Origin: Geosiphon pyriformis uo1
Taxonomy: Eukaryota > Fungi > Glomeromycota
Assembly: GCA_016748015.1 (NCBI GenBank)
Contig: JAAOMT010000484.1
Location: forward strand, 257,443-321,442
Reading direction: 5' to 3'
DNA: 64,000 nt
Positions 25,611 through 39,134 of the stretch are shown here, piece after piece (the first letter of the stretch is position 1; each line of letters begins with the position of its first letter). Made by a program: the position numbers and the translations under genes. Below the pieces are notes generated by a model. That model was given only the letters and a program-made list of their open reading frames with translations, was not told where the DNA came from and ran no database searches.

Positions 25611-26235
25611 ATGGAGTTGCCAGATCTAGGTCGACATTGTTCGAAGACAAGTTGTAAACAACTTGATTACCTTCCTTTTAAATGTCAATATTGTAAAAAG
25701 GAGTTCTGTCAAGAACATTCCAAGGCTCAGGCTCATGATTGCCTCGATGCTCCAAGTGAAGAAGGAGTTCGGGTGCCGACTTGTCCCGTTTGTAATGTTC
25801 CCGTACCTATCAACAAAGGAGAAGATCCCAATATAAGGGTTCGAATTGCTTTCTGATTGAGCTTTAGAAACCTTTATATTTTTAAAGGATGTGTATTAAA
25901 AAAATTTCTTCCCTTTTCAGATGGAACAACATATCGCTAATGATTGTAGTCCTCCACCAAAAACCACATCCAATAAGCCATTTAATGCTTGTTCATTTCA
26001 TACTTGCAAACAAAGAGTTGCCGTTCGACTTTTGTGTCCAAGTTGTGGAAAAAACTATTGCATCAAACATCGATTAGATGTAGATCATAATTGCGATAAA
26101 ATTAAAGCACAGAATAAAGTTTCTAATGTTACGAAATTGGGCGGTAAGATGGCAATAAATGGAAGTGGTTGGAATAATTTGAAGCCGAAGATTACGGTAA
26201 AAAATTGGATGAATAAATTTTTAAATAAGAAATGA
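25611..26235 (+). CDS. AN1-type zinc finger protein (ZFAND2/AIRAP/Cuz1-like); exons 25611-25838 and 25921-26235
   Basis: MELPDLGRHC...CKQLDYLPFKC..C...FC.EH (AN1), CPVC...H..DC (UBZ-like), second AN1 CPSCGKNYCIKHR...DHNC; GT..AG intron 25839-25920. Confidence 0.92.
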
Positions 26236-26519
26236 ATTTATTATTTAGACACAAGCATTTTTTTCTAATAGCATTTTCGACTAACCATTTATTTTTAATT
26301 CACAGATAATTTCCCATTAATTTAGAATATAGATGACTATCGCAACTATTTATTTTCCATGACGCGCTTTTTCGATAATAATAATATAAGCCTTAGACTG
26401 AAATATTTTAAAGTTGAATCAAATAAACATTTTTTAGTTAGCTCAATTTTTCCAATTATGGCTACAATTTAATGACCAATACAAAAATAATTTATTATTT
26501 ATTCCTTTAATAAGTATAA

Positions 26520-26610
26520 TTTTTCTATTATTTACATTTATAATACATGTACATACATTTTTTATATGTGACTAGCCACCTAAACCAGTTATAATTACAT
26601 TACATTAAAT
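26520..26610 (-). mobile_element. Isolated retroposed 3' tail of the LINE/HAL family
   Basis: Minus strand reads ACTGGTTTAGGTGGCTAGTCACATATAAAAATGTATG...AATAGAAAAAA, matching the shared tail motif. Confidence 0.6.
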
Positions 26611-26699
26611 AAACTTGTAGTATAACGAAATCTTTAAATTAATTATTTGAAACATTAATCAACAAAAATGTTGACAGTTATTTTGATTTAGTTAAACTA

Positions 26700-29600
26700 C
26701 TTAAGCTCATTAAAGTCAAGCTTAAATTTACTATTATCTATTTTTTAAATAGTATTATTTTGAGGTTTAATATTAATAATTTTGGCAAATTATTAAATCA
26801 TTTATATTTTTGCAAATTTTTCAATATTACATACTTTATTTTAATTTATAATATAATTATAATACTAAAAAACTCTTTAACTTTTATAACCATAATCAAA
26901 ACAAAGAATAAAAAATAAAATATTATTGTTTTTTCTATCATTTTTAAATTTGTTATTATTTAAATTAATAATAAAAATGCTTTTTTTAAATATTTTTTGT
27001 TTATTTTTATTAAAAGTCTTTTTTTAATTAAAATTAATTTTAATATTAGTATTATTAGAATTAATTAATAAATTTAACAGTTATAAAAAATTTAAAATAC
27101 ATAACAACATATTATTATAAACCAGTAAACTTTAGCTTAATATTAAAAATTTTACCAAAAACATTCAAGAAAATATTATGTAAACTTTATACAAAAAAAC
27201 TTAATATTGTTTTTAATTACTATTTTTAAATCAATAAATTTATATAAAAATTAAAATAAAGTTTTAATATAAGCCAACTTAAGAAATTTTTAATAATTAA
27301 TAAAATATTATTACATATTACAAAAAAAACTTTTTTCTTTTGTATATTTCAATATTTCTTAAAGAACAGCAATTTTTTAAAGAAGATTTTATTTTTTTTA
27401 TTAACAATTACTTTAAATAATAATATGTTTAAAAAAAAATAGTTAAAAAACTCTTTATAATTTTGCTAATAATATCTTTTTTTAAAAACAAAAAATTTTA
27501 GTTAATAATATAAAATACTTAAATAATAAAAAAAATATGTTTTTAAATAGATTTTTTGATAATATTAATATGTTTTTTAACATAAAAGTTAAATTAAATA
27601 ATAAAAGTAACAGTATTTTTTTGGTTAAAAGTAGTTACAAAACAAATAATAAAAACAAAAAAAATCAATATTAATATAATAAATAGTTTTTTTTTAGGTT
27701 TTTGAATTTTAATATAAAAAAAAATATGGTGTTTTTTTATCTTTTTTCAATCTTAAAATAGATATTTTTAAAGATAAATTATTTTAAAACAAATTAAAAA
27801 CAGTTAAAAAGTTGTTTTTAAGTATAAATAATTTTGGAAAAACATTTGTTTTCTTAAAATTTGGTAAAATAATTCATGTAATTTTTATTATCAAATTAAA
27901 TATAATAAAAAATACAAATTTAACAAATAACAATAACATAATAGTTAATACTAATCTGAATTTAATAAATAATTATACAAATTAAACAATAATAATTAAA
28001 AAAATTCTAGTAAAAACATTTATAAAATTTGTGTATACCACATTTACTAAATTTAATATAATTAAGTTAATTAAAATACAATTAATAAAGTTATAACAAA
28101 AAATATTAATGATATTAAATAATTAAAATTATGCTAATTTATCAATATTTAAGTAGTTTATCTTAATTAAAAAAACATAGTTTATATAATTAGAATTAAT
28201 ATTAACAAATTATCATAAAATTTTGTTTTATATTTTCTTAATAAATACAATTACATACAATTTATAAAAAATTTAAAATTAATTAAAAAAAATATATATA
28301 ATTAACTATTATTTTATTATATATATATATAAAATATATAATTATTTGTTTTAAGTTTAAAAATAACATAATAGTAATATTAATTATAATTTTAATTCTT
28401 AAAAACTCTAATTTAAAATAACTAAGGTAAAGTCATCTTTTTGTTTAATATATAAAAAATTTAATTATGTTTTAACAATATGTAAATTTAATATTATGTC
28501 AATTTTTAGGCCTAAAACCAAAAAACTTCTTTTAAATTTAAATAAATATAAATTTATTACTATTTATATTAAAAAAACAATTTTAATTGTTTAGTCAGTA
28601 TTTTTTAGTAATTTATTTTAAATATAGATAACTAATAATAACTATTTTAATGCTTTTTTTGGTGCTATTATTTTTTTTTCATTGTTTGTTTTTTTTTATA
28701 AATATATATTTAAATATTTTTAAATGCTTATTAAAGTTTTTAACAAATTAGTTTTTAAGATTTTCTACAAATTGAATTTGCTGTTGTTTGTTTTTTTCTT
28801 ATTATTATATATTATACTTAAAACTTCTTTAGTAATTACAAATTTAAATATGATTATAATCTAAATTTTTTTTGTTAATACTATTAGTAGTTTTTTGATT
28901 TTAAATAGTAGTTTAAAGATTTTTATTAACAAAATTAATGATTTAAAAACCAATATTTTAAGATTTAAAAGTTTTATAAATTCAGTTTTAACAAAATTAA
29001 ATTATTTATATATTAGCTTTGGCTTTTTTTTTCTTAATAACTGGTTTTATTTAAAAAATTATTATATATAATATTTAGAATATAAATATTTTTGCAAAAT
29101 AAAATAACATAATTTATAAGTACAAAAAAAGTAATAATCTTATTTCTATTATTATAAAAATTAAACTAAAATATAAAATTAAGTCATAAATTATAAACAA
29201 ATTTAATAAGATTTTTGTGTTTATATTTGATTTAAATTTAAAATTTTTGGATTTTAGAATTACTATTCTTATAGATAATAATATTATAAAACATGTTTAC
29301 AAAGTTTTAAATGTTAAGTTAGTTTTTATTAATTTATTTATTATTTAAAAATAATTTTTTAATTTTAATATTAGAATTATATATTAAAGCTTTTTTTAAT
29401 ATATAATTAAATTAAACTGATATTATTAACTTATTTATTGTTAAAACAGTTAACAAAAGTATTTTTGTTGTTTTGAAAAATAAGTTTAATAAAAATAAGT
29501 TTAAATATAATATTAATTTCAAAAAATATTTTGATTTAAATTTGGTTAATTTTTTCTTTGATAATTTATTTATTAAAATTACAATATAAAAAAACTTACA

Positions 29601-30450
29601 TAATATTCAAAAATAATTGATTTTATTTTAGTCTTTTTTTTTAATAATAATATAATTATTTATAATGTTTTTAATATACAGAAATTTTTTTTATAAATTA
29701 TAATATTATGATAATTTTTATTAATTTAAAAAGTTTTTTGAATATTTTGTTTTATGTTTTATATAAACAGGCCAATAAAAATTATTAAAAGTTTAAGTTT
29801 AAAAATACTAATAATTATAAGTAAATTCAGTTCAAAAAAGTTTTTTGTTTTAGACTATAAATATTTTAGATGCTTTTAAAAAATTAAAATTAATTAATAA
29901 TTTGTAAAATTATTTTAAAAATATTGTGTATTTTATTGTTGATTAAATGTTTTCTAAATGTAAAAAACTTTTATATATTATATTTTTATAGTTTGAAGCT
30001 ATTAATTTTAAAAATTTTTAAATTATTTGTTTTGTATTTAAGTTCTAATTTTAATTGTTTTATATATAAGTATTTGACTATAAATTTTTTAAAAGTTTTT
30101 GTGATCTGAATTTTAATGTATAATAATTTTGGTTTTAATGTTATTAAATTAATTTTTTTTAAGATTAAAAAAAATTGTCTTTTAAAATTTTGTGAATTTT
30201 ACAAAATTGAATTAAATAAAATTAATATAATAATTAAAAAGCATATAAAAAACTTTTTTAATAATAAGAGTTATATAATTCGCAATATTTTGAAATATTC
30301 TTTCTGTAAAATTGTTTTGAATTATTTAATTATAAATAATAAGCTTATTTTAAATTCCAATAATATTAAATTATCTATTGACTTAATTATAAAAAGTTAG
30401 ATTAAAAAATATATTATTTTTAACAAATACTTTAATTCTTAACAATTTTA
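26700..30450 (+). mobile_element. Ghost (extremely AT-converted) HAL1-like fragment plus LINE ORF1-ORF2 remnant
   Basis: ATAACCATAATCAAAACAAAGAATAAAAAA at ~26887 corresponds to MTTTKTKSKK. 30116-30400 (NNKSYIIRNILKYSFCKIVLNYLIINNKLIL) aligns to ORF2 DKRLIIKSILDCPFCKIVLDYLVVDDELVV. Confidence 0.7.
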
Positions 30451-30459
30451 TTATTATTA

Positions 30460-33400
30460 TTATTTTATGAATAAGACCTAAATGCTACCTAGCATAATAC
30501 ATCAAACTAAGTAATTTAAATTAGATATAAATTATGTATTTTCTATACATAACCAGCTACTTAAGCCAATTAAAGCAATACTATAAATTTATCTTAACAG
30601 AAATTACATAACTAGTATCAGAAAAAAAACTGCCAAGTTTACAATAACCAAAACTAATACCATGTGCTTTTTTAATTCCAAACAACTTAATAATACTTTT
30701 AAAGAGCAAAATTAAATAACCACAAACCTTTGAAAACACAGAATTATTATGTATAATTAAACATTTTTTTTCATAAATACTCTATACTTAGCTTTTACCA
30801 ATCACACTTTAGCCCAATAAATTATTTTCAAATTTTACACCAAATCAACAATTTTTTTGTTAGTAGTCTTGGTATAACCAAAAACAGAAACAGTTTCCAA
30901 GTACTATTTCTTAAACACAAAATCTTTATATAAAACAGTATGCATAATATTGTTAGAAACACATGAGAAGATTAATTATAAAATATGAAATAATAATAAG
31001 CTTAAACCTAAAGCAGAACTTTATTGAACTAAATGTAAATTAAGCAGTTTCTTGTAAATACCAAAGTCTATTATGTATATAAAAGAATAATTAGAAAGTT
31101 TTATTTTTTTACAATATAGATATAATACACTAAAATACTCTTTATCATATAAGTACTTACAAACAACAACCAGCAAATAACAATGCAAAGTCTTTATAAA
31201 ATATAAACACAAATTAGCAGTAAATTTACTTGTAAAACCAGATGCTATATGCAGATTAAAGTGTCAAACTAATAAAATTCAAACCCAATTCATATTTTTA
31301 ATTATGTTCTTAATAATAATACTAAATTTAGACCCAACTTCCTAATGAGCATAATAAACAGTCCTAAATATATTGCAAGTAAAATAACAAATATTCTCAG
31401 ACACCACTATTTTATTAGCTTTGATATATCTTTTTTTAACAAAAACAGAAAGTAACAAATTCGAATATAATGCTAAGTCAACTAATATGTTAGTATACTT
31501 ATTATTTAAAACACTCAAATAGCTTTTAACTTTGACTTAAGAAACAGTAAGCTTTTTATATTTAATAGAGTTTATAATACAATGTTTATTAAGCCAACAG
31601 TAATTATAAAAGTCTGGTAAAACCAAATTTAATTATGTAATACAAGCATCCAAAACAGCTTAACTATTTGAATACACCACAACATTATTGAAAGCTGGAA
31701 CACATTCTAAAGCCAGAACAATTATCTGTAATTCTGCTATTATAAAAGACATCAAACCACTAATTTTGATACTAATACTTAGATTAAGATCAGCAAAAAA
31801 TACAGCTGTACCACAATTTATTTTACACATATCCAAATTTTTTAAAAACCTATCTGTAGAAAAGTCACTAATATTACAAACATTTAAAAGTTGAAAGCTG
31901 TTAACAAGTGACTGAACAGAAAAATAAGAGATAGAATTGACCAAATAATCACATATCAATTTGAATTAAACAGAGACTAAGCTCTTAAGATCAAATTTTT
32001 TTCAATAACAAAAACTTTTCTAATCAAAAACTAATCTCTTTTTATTATACAATTCTTTAACAAAAGCAATATTAAATCTTTTAAGTAAGTAAGAAACATT
32101 ATAAAACATTATATCTTTCAAAATAAAAAACATTAGAATATTATCAAAAAAACAAAATGTAGAGAGAAAATTATTGTTAAAAAAAACATCACAATCCAGA
32201 AAAATTTTTATTAAACCAGCCAAAAAATTGTTAACTAGACTGATTCTCAATTTTACAGGATTTTGTAAAAAATGAATAGGAAACCAGCTTAAAATCTGTA
32301 AATTCAAAGATCTATAATCAAAAAAATAACTGAAAATTCTATCAAAATTTGAAAAACTTAACACAGAAGCTAATTTACTTTCTGTTTGTACTTATTTAAA
32401 TAATTTTAAGCCATACAAAAATGAATAATGAAAAGTTTTATTGAAAAAAATTTTTGGCAAGCCAGTTTTTATTTTCAAACCTTTTTTAATTAACATATCT
32501 CATTTGTTACATACACTTTTAAAAACAAAACTAAATTGGATTTTGTAATCAACAATAAGTTATAACACAACTGAGATTAAATAAAAAACTATTTATCTAA
32601 TATAGTCTTTTTCAAGATTATATTGGCAAAAAATCTGATATCTAAATAAGTTTTTCTTAAACTAAATTTGAATAAACTCTCAAAAGACAAAAAAATGCCA
32701 AGATATTTATACAACTTCTCTTTCTGTATAATAGATATTGGCAGATTATTTATTGATAATACAATGTTCCTAACTCATTGGTTGATAAAATGGCCACTGT
32801 TTTCTTATTATTAATTGAAATAATATTAATATTAAAGAACTAATTTACAATATTTAAAATATATTAAGTAGTAGTCTAATTACTTCCTATTCAAATTGTG
32901 TTATCAACAAAAACACTAGCTGTCAAATATAAAATTAATTCACTCTGGTTTTTTATTTTGCCAGTTTTGGTTATAAACTTAGTATTAATATGATAACTAT
33001 ATAAGCTTTTATGTCTTTTAATTTTACATAAAAAAGAATCATAGAAAATTTTTTAGAACAAAAAAAAGAAAATTTTATTTTGGTTCAGATTATCATGTAT
33101 CTAGTACTTATTAGTTAGCTTATAATTAGTTATAACTTAATTAATTTTATTATTGTAAATATTACCAAAAAACTTAATAAATTGCTTACATATTTTAATC
33201 TATATTAAACTATTTTTTAAATAATGCTAACTAACAGAGTTATAAGCTTTTTACATATTTTGCAAAACCATTTAAAGTTTACAGTTCTTTTCTAATGCAT
33301 TTTTAATTACTAAGCCCACTGCAAAAATAGGAAACTAGATAGTAATACTTTTTAATACAGAAAAATTGTTATTATAAAAAACATTAAATTTATTACAGAT

Positions 33401-34510
33401 TAAAGAAATTCTATCAAAAAATATCTTAAAAAAAATTTTTTAAACAGTCTTAATTAAGACAATTAATCTAATATTAATCAAAATACTTTCTCATTTATAA
33501 GGTTTAAAAATTATTAACACTCAAACTTTCTTCCAAAATTAAGATACAGACTTATATACTAAACAAAAGTTTAAAAAATCTAAAAGCATAATGAAAATAG
33601 AATTATTGCAGTGTTTTTAAAATTTATTTGTGATATTAAACAAACCAGCAGTTTTTCTATTAAACAGATTTTTGACTATATATATTATATTATTATAATT
33701 AATAATACTTATAATATTAAAAAAAACAGTATTATTAACATAAGCCAATAGCATATATTAATAATACCACAGATTAAAAATATAATTTAACACTAATTTT
33801 TTCTTTGTTCAATCTTTTATAATAATAATAATCTTAAATTTAATCTTACCAAGATTCAACACCAATTTATTATTAACAACCAAATAATTCAATACTACTT
33901 TATAAAAAAGATACTCCAATATACTTCTAATTATATAATCTTTATTGACAGCAAAGCTCTTTATTTTTTTGTAATAACAGATTTAATATATAATTTTTTA
34001 GTCCTTAATAATTTAACAAGTTTAAAACCACAATATAATTTTCTAATATTAAAAAGAATAAATCTTATACAATTAAAATTAACATTAAAGTTTAATAAAA
34101 CTTGAATATTTAAAACTTTGTTATTATTTAAAGACATTTAGTGACTCATCAGAAAAACAAACTTGTTATTAGTTTTATTACATAAAAATTTAACAATATT
34201 TGATATCAACAATTTTAATTTATGAAATCTAAAAAATTTTTTAATAAAAACACTATTAAAATCCTTAAAACACTTTTTTTTGAACACTTTATTGGTTAAT
34301 AAACTTACCATCTTACAAATAACATTTTATATTACATTTATATCTGAAAAATTTTTAGATGTAACAAACTTATTAAAAAATATAATAATATTAATTATTA
34401 TAGTATTCTTAAATTTGGTTATTTAGTATTATTGATACCTTTAAAATCAAACTTTCAATAGTTTTTATTTGCCTACTTATAAAAAAAGTTTAAATGTATA
34501 TCTAATAAAT
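30460..34510 (-). mobile_element. 5'-truncated, heavily mutated LINE (ORF2 from after the endonuclease to the 3' tail)
   Basis: ORF-track fragments 31660-31959 (RNase H: TDRFLK, AELQIIVLALE) and 32020-32364 match ORF2; tail motif at ~30465-30585. Confidence 0.85.
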
Positions 34511-34514
34511 AATA

Positions 34515-34730
34515 AGATATTTGCTATTGGTTTTGGTTTTTATAAACCATATTTGTTTTATTTTGGCTTGAATACTAATGTTATGGTTCAAATAAGTGTA
34601 TAATATGGTCTTAATTGGTTCAAATAACTGGTTATATGTAGAAAACATGTGAATTATATTTAGTTAAAGACTTTTCATTTGTTTTTTTGTACTAAATAGT
34701 GATTAAACTATACTTATTAATAATAAAAAT
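34515..34730 (+). mobile_element. LINE 3' end (ORF2 C-terminus plus tail)
   Basis: FAIGFGFYKPYLFYFGL...ISV* followed by AACTGGTTATATGTAGAAAACATGTG tail motif and an A-rich end. Confidence 0.7.
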
Positions 34731-36362
34731 AAATTAATTAATTAAATTTTCAATTAAACTATATTATAATTTGATTATAATTGCACTAATTATTTTTATT
34801 TTATTTTTTTATTGTTAATTAATAGTTGTTAATAATATAGCTTTTTTATATAATTTTAATATTAATTTTTATAATATTTATTGTAATTTTTTATATAAAT
34901 ATATCATATTTTTAATTAGTAATAATGTTTATATTTTTTCTGTAATATAAATATAAATTAATAATAATTATAATTTCTATAAATTACCAAAAAATTAAGT
35001 ATTTATTAACTTATAATAATTTGTTTAACTTAATAAGTTTTTTATTTTTTGTAAATTTTACTTTTTTTTATTGTTTTATACTTATATTGACTTAAAACAT
35101 ATTAGTACAAAAATAAGTTTTTGAAATAAAAAAATATATCAAACCAACATATTAAACTTATATTATATCATAAATAATAAATTTGTTATAAAACTAATAT
35201 AATAATTTTAATATAATTACATAAAAACACATATAAAACTATGTAAAATAAAAAACACTTTCATTTGAAATTTCAAAAAAGCTATATATTAAGAAAAATC
35301 TTTTTTATAAAGATTTTTTGTTAATATTACTACTTATTTAACAATTATTTGATTTTAAAACAAGTTGGCATAATTATAATCTTTTAAATAAAGAATTGTT
35401 AAGATGTGTGTTTTTGAAGTAGTAAACACAAAAACCAATGCATTTCTTGTGTTTTTAAAATGTAATTTGGAAAATAGGTTTTAATTGGCAAGAAGTATAA
35501 GTAATTCGAAAGTTTGATCAAAGATATTTTTGTGCTGTATCAGTTTAGTGGTAAAGATAGTATCATAAATTATTTACTTTTAATTGAAGAACTAATATTG
35601 ATACACGCGCTCCTACGATTTTTGAGGACGTCACATGATCACTGTCTGGTTTTGTTGCACGCCCAATATGAGTATAAGCTAATCTGTACAATGTGTTTGA
35701 CAATCTTTGACAATAAATTTAATGGTCTTTAGGTGACAGACTTCACGTATTTGGTATAGGCTAAAGCTTCGATTTTCAATATGCTGTTTCTTCCCTTTAC
35801 CAGCCTCGTATTCGTCCACTCCAACTTGTCATTTTTCGAATTTTTAATTCTCATCTCTAAAGGATTGGTTTAATCTTTTCAGTCAATCGATGAAACTTTT
35901 GCCAGCTTTGAAAAATTTTGTTTTTACATATATTAAGAATATTTTCAAAATTTTTTACAAAAATACAAATAAAAGTGGTATTATGCAAATAAAATGACGA
36001 TAGTCTGCTCTGATGTACCTTTTTTTCGAATTTCAAAAAAGAGTAATGGAAGGAATATACTATATTGACGAATAATGGTACGGTATTATTGTGAGAGAGT
36101 ACAATAGCAATTTAATTTTTGTATTATAGAATGAGTGTGATTATGGTACAGCATAAATAAATAAAAAAATAGAAAGAAATAAGGGATGAGGATTAGGCAC
36201 AAGGAAATTGCCAATGAAAATTACAGCCAGATTGAATTATAACAAGAAGAATTATCTAAATCTTTCTTGCTATAAAAAACTATTAAATTAAGTAAAAGTG
36301 AACAAGAGTTTTCAAATCCCAAATTTCATTTCGATATCCATCTGGAGTCCGCTATTCACTGC

Positions 36363-37752
36363 TCATATACCATCAACAACAACCTTAATCGAATCTAGGC
36401 TTCCAGAGCTTCGCGAACTATTAGGATCACTATTATCATGTAATATACCTTCACCCAAATCGAATTCATCGCCACTATCATATGTAATTGTTTTCGTCTT
36501 TGTCAATCTACTATTGACACCAACATTGGATTTTTGGTTCAATTTTTCTAAATCAATATCCAAACTTGGTCCACGTGAAGGCGCTAAAACACGAGCGTAC
36601 ATTATTGTAGAATCCCCAGATGTCGTTTCAATATCTCCCATAGTTCTTGGTAATAGCGCTTCCTTAATATAATCCCATCGATTTGTGAACCCATGACGTA
36701 TGTTTGGTAACCAATTCCACGATATCCAGAAAGTAATCACTGCATAAATCCCACCCCCAACTAAATCGACCATATAATGATGTGTCAAATACATACACGC
36801 CCACCAGATCCACATTACATATGCAACACAGATTGTTCGTGATTTTGGCACCACGTATGAAATGAATAACGCCTGAATTATCGCACAAGCGGAATGAAGA
36901 GATGGGAAAGCGCCGAATACCATTGGGGAGCCGCTGAATGTCGTCGTATAGGTAGTAGAGCCCATTAGTTTGTCAATACGTGCCAAACCACCTGGATGTC
37001 CCGGCATTGTGTATAAAGCCGGCGTATTCATACCATATGTATATTCATACCCTTAAAATCAAAATGATAGAAAATCAGAATCAGTACACATGTATCTCAA
37101 TATTCGCTCCCCTTTCCCTTCACCAAAATTATTACTTACAAGGAGGCGAACACGGAAACAGTAATTGAGTCAAAACCCCCGCGATATTCATATACCCAAA
37201 GGCTCGTGCAAAAGCCGGTAAAATTTTTGGAGGACCAAACCACCATAAGCCTAAACTAGTCAAAAACGGCAACGTGAAATGCATTATCCCATAAGGGAGC
37301 CAAGCAGCCACATCCTTTACCACATTGGTGTGTTTAGCAATAATCGCCGATAAGTTATCCCCATACAAAATATTCTCTAGGGCTGGTAACACCGAGACAT
37401 AAATATGTGGTCGCCGTTCATCCGGTATAAATCGACATGAATAGAATAATACAAGCCAAGTGGCAATTGGAAGAAATGGAAGTAGAAAGGCACGTGGCTT
37501 TGGAAAGTACAGACCAGTAGCGAACAAAAGAAGGATGATGACTCTTATGATCAAACCAGGGGACGTGATTATATAGAATAGGAAACTATTTAAACAGAAT
37601 AAAAAAATGTATTGTGTATCGTAGATTGTCCATTTGTGATTTAACTTTAACGATTCTCGCAATTGGAAGTTGTTCTTTAACCGTGAGACGAAGTTTTGTA
37701 CCGAAGAAATGAGACCTTGGATAGTGGACAGTTTGTTTGTGAAGGGCATCAT
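36363..37752 (-). CDS. AUR1: Inositol phosphorylceramide synthase; intron 37052-37139
   Basis: FLPIATWLVLFYSCRFIP, VLPALENILYG, DVAAWLPYGIMHF, FPCSPPW|YE, GHPGGLARID, FGAFPSLHSA, MYLTHHY; start at 37752 or 37749. Confidence 0.95.
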
Positions 37753-39134
37753 ATTATGATATTTGTATCTGATTCTGGTCACTGTTAATCGCTGAAGTTT
37801 GAATCAATATGCAGAGGTCCAAGGTTGCTTATTTGTGAGAAATTATGGTCTCCTTATTTTCGATGTTCCTTTTTGAATATTTTACAAATAAGCCCAAAAT
37901 TGCTATAAATATGGTTGCTCGTCGTGGTTTGGTAAACCTTTTGTTCCAGGCTTTTCCTATTCGCTCCCCTATAAGTCTATTAACATAATTCTTGGAGATC
38001 TGTTGGCTGTCCAGATAACTTTTTCTCAATATTCAAAGCACTGAAAAGTTCGATAAAGGCTTTAAATTATTTTTGCATTCAAGTCAAAAATACTACCTTT
38101 TTAATTATTAGAATTTTCATACACTACAATATTAATATGTACAAGAGAATAACAAATCGCCAGAAAAAGTTTGCTCTGCGTGAAGCATTGATAATCACTC
38201 TAAAACGACTTCCTATTTATAAAATTATCATTCCCTTCGGGGTAATTGGTAATCGATGATTTCTTAAACGGGAGGTGTTCTTGAACTTTCCCCGAACACT
38301 TACAAAAATGCAAAGGGGTAGTCGTAATAATGGTGGTTTAGAATTGGAATACAAAGCAATACTTTTTTTTGATGTCACTTTATCTTAATCAATAAAGCCA
38401 AAATTGACACAACTGTACAACAATTGACCATTTTCAGCTTAATATCGTCAATTGAAGATTTGATTTAGTCATCGGCACATTTTCCATTCGGCCCGAAATT
38501 ACCCTACTATGGTAAGACGGAAAAATATTTTTCACATTTGATCTCTAGTAATATAAATCGGAAGCTATTATTACCGAGCTTGAAAAATAACTCGTGGATT
38601 TTCATACAAGACAATGGAATAGATCGTCCGCCAGAAACTTTATGATTAGTAATTTTTTATTTACCAAGATGAACAGATAATCAGAGGTTAGAACCTGCAA
38701 TAAAAATTATGATAACGACCCATTATCACTTATCAAACAAACAAAGAGCAAAATTACTTGAATTCAATATTTTAGTAATGAAGTTTTTCTTTGAAAAAGG
38801 CTAGCGAAAATTTTCTGCTCAAGTAACACAAATAAATCAAAATCCTTTGATTTAAAGTCATGAAATCTAGTTTGTAAGTCATTTTGATATGATTATCACG
38901 CGCCTCAAATTATCATCCAAAAATAATGAAATTTCGGCCTTAAAGGATCATTGGATATCAGCGGTGATAAATTTTTTGAAAATGACATTAAAATAATCTG
39001 GTGAATTCAACAAGCGGTGCCCATCAAGAGATCGTTATAAATTATGATCGTCAGTCGAGCCCGCACTATCCCTTTGAATTGTACTGTCGATTATTTCTAA
39101 TTAGTGCTTTACCAGAACTTAAAAAACGCCATAA

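Noticed and set aside
37829-38029. Separate 66-aa gene upstream of AUR1
   Set aside because: Non-ATG start and no recognisable motif; likely 5' UTR or promoter.
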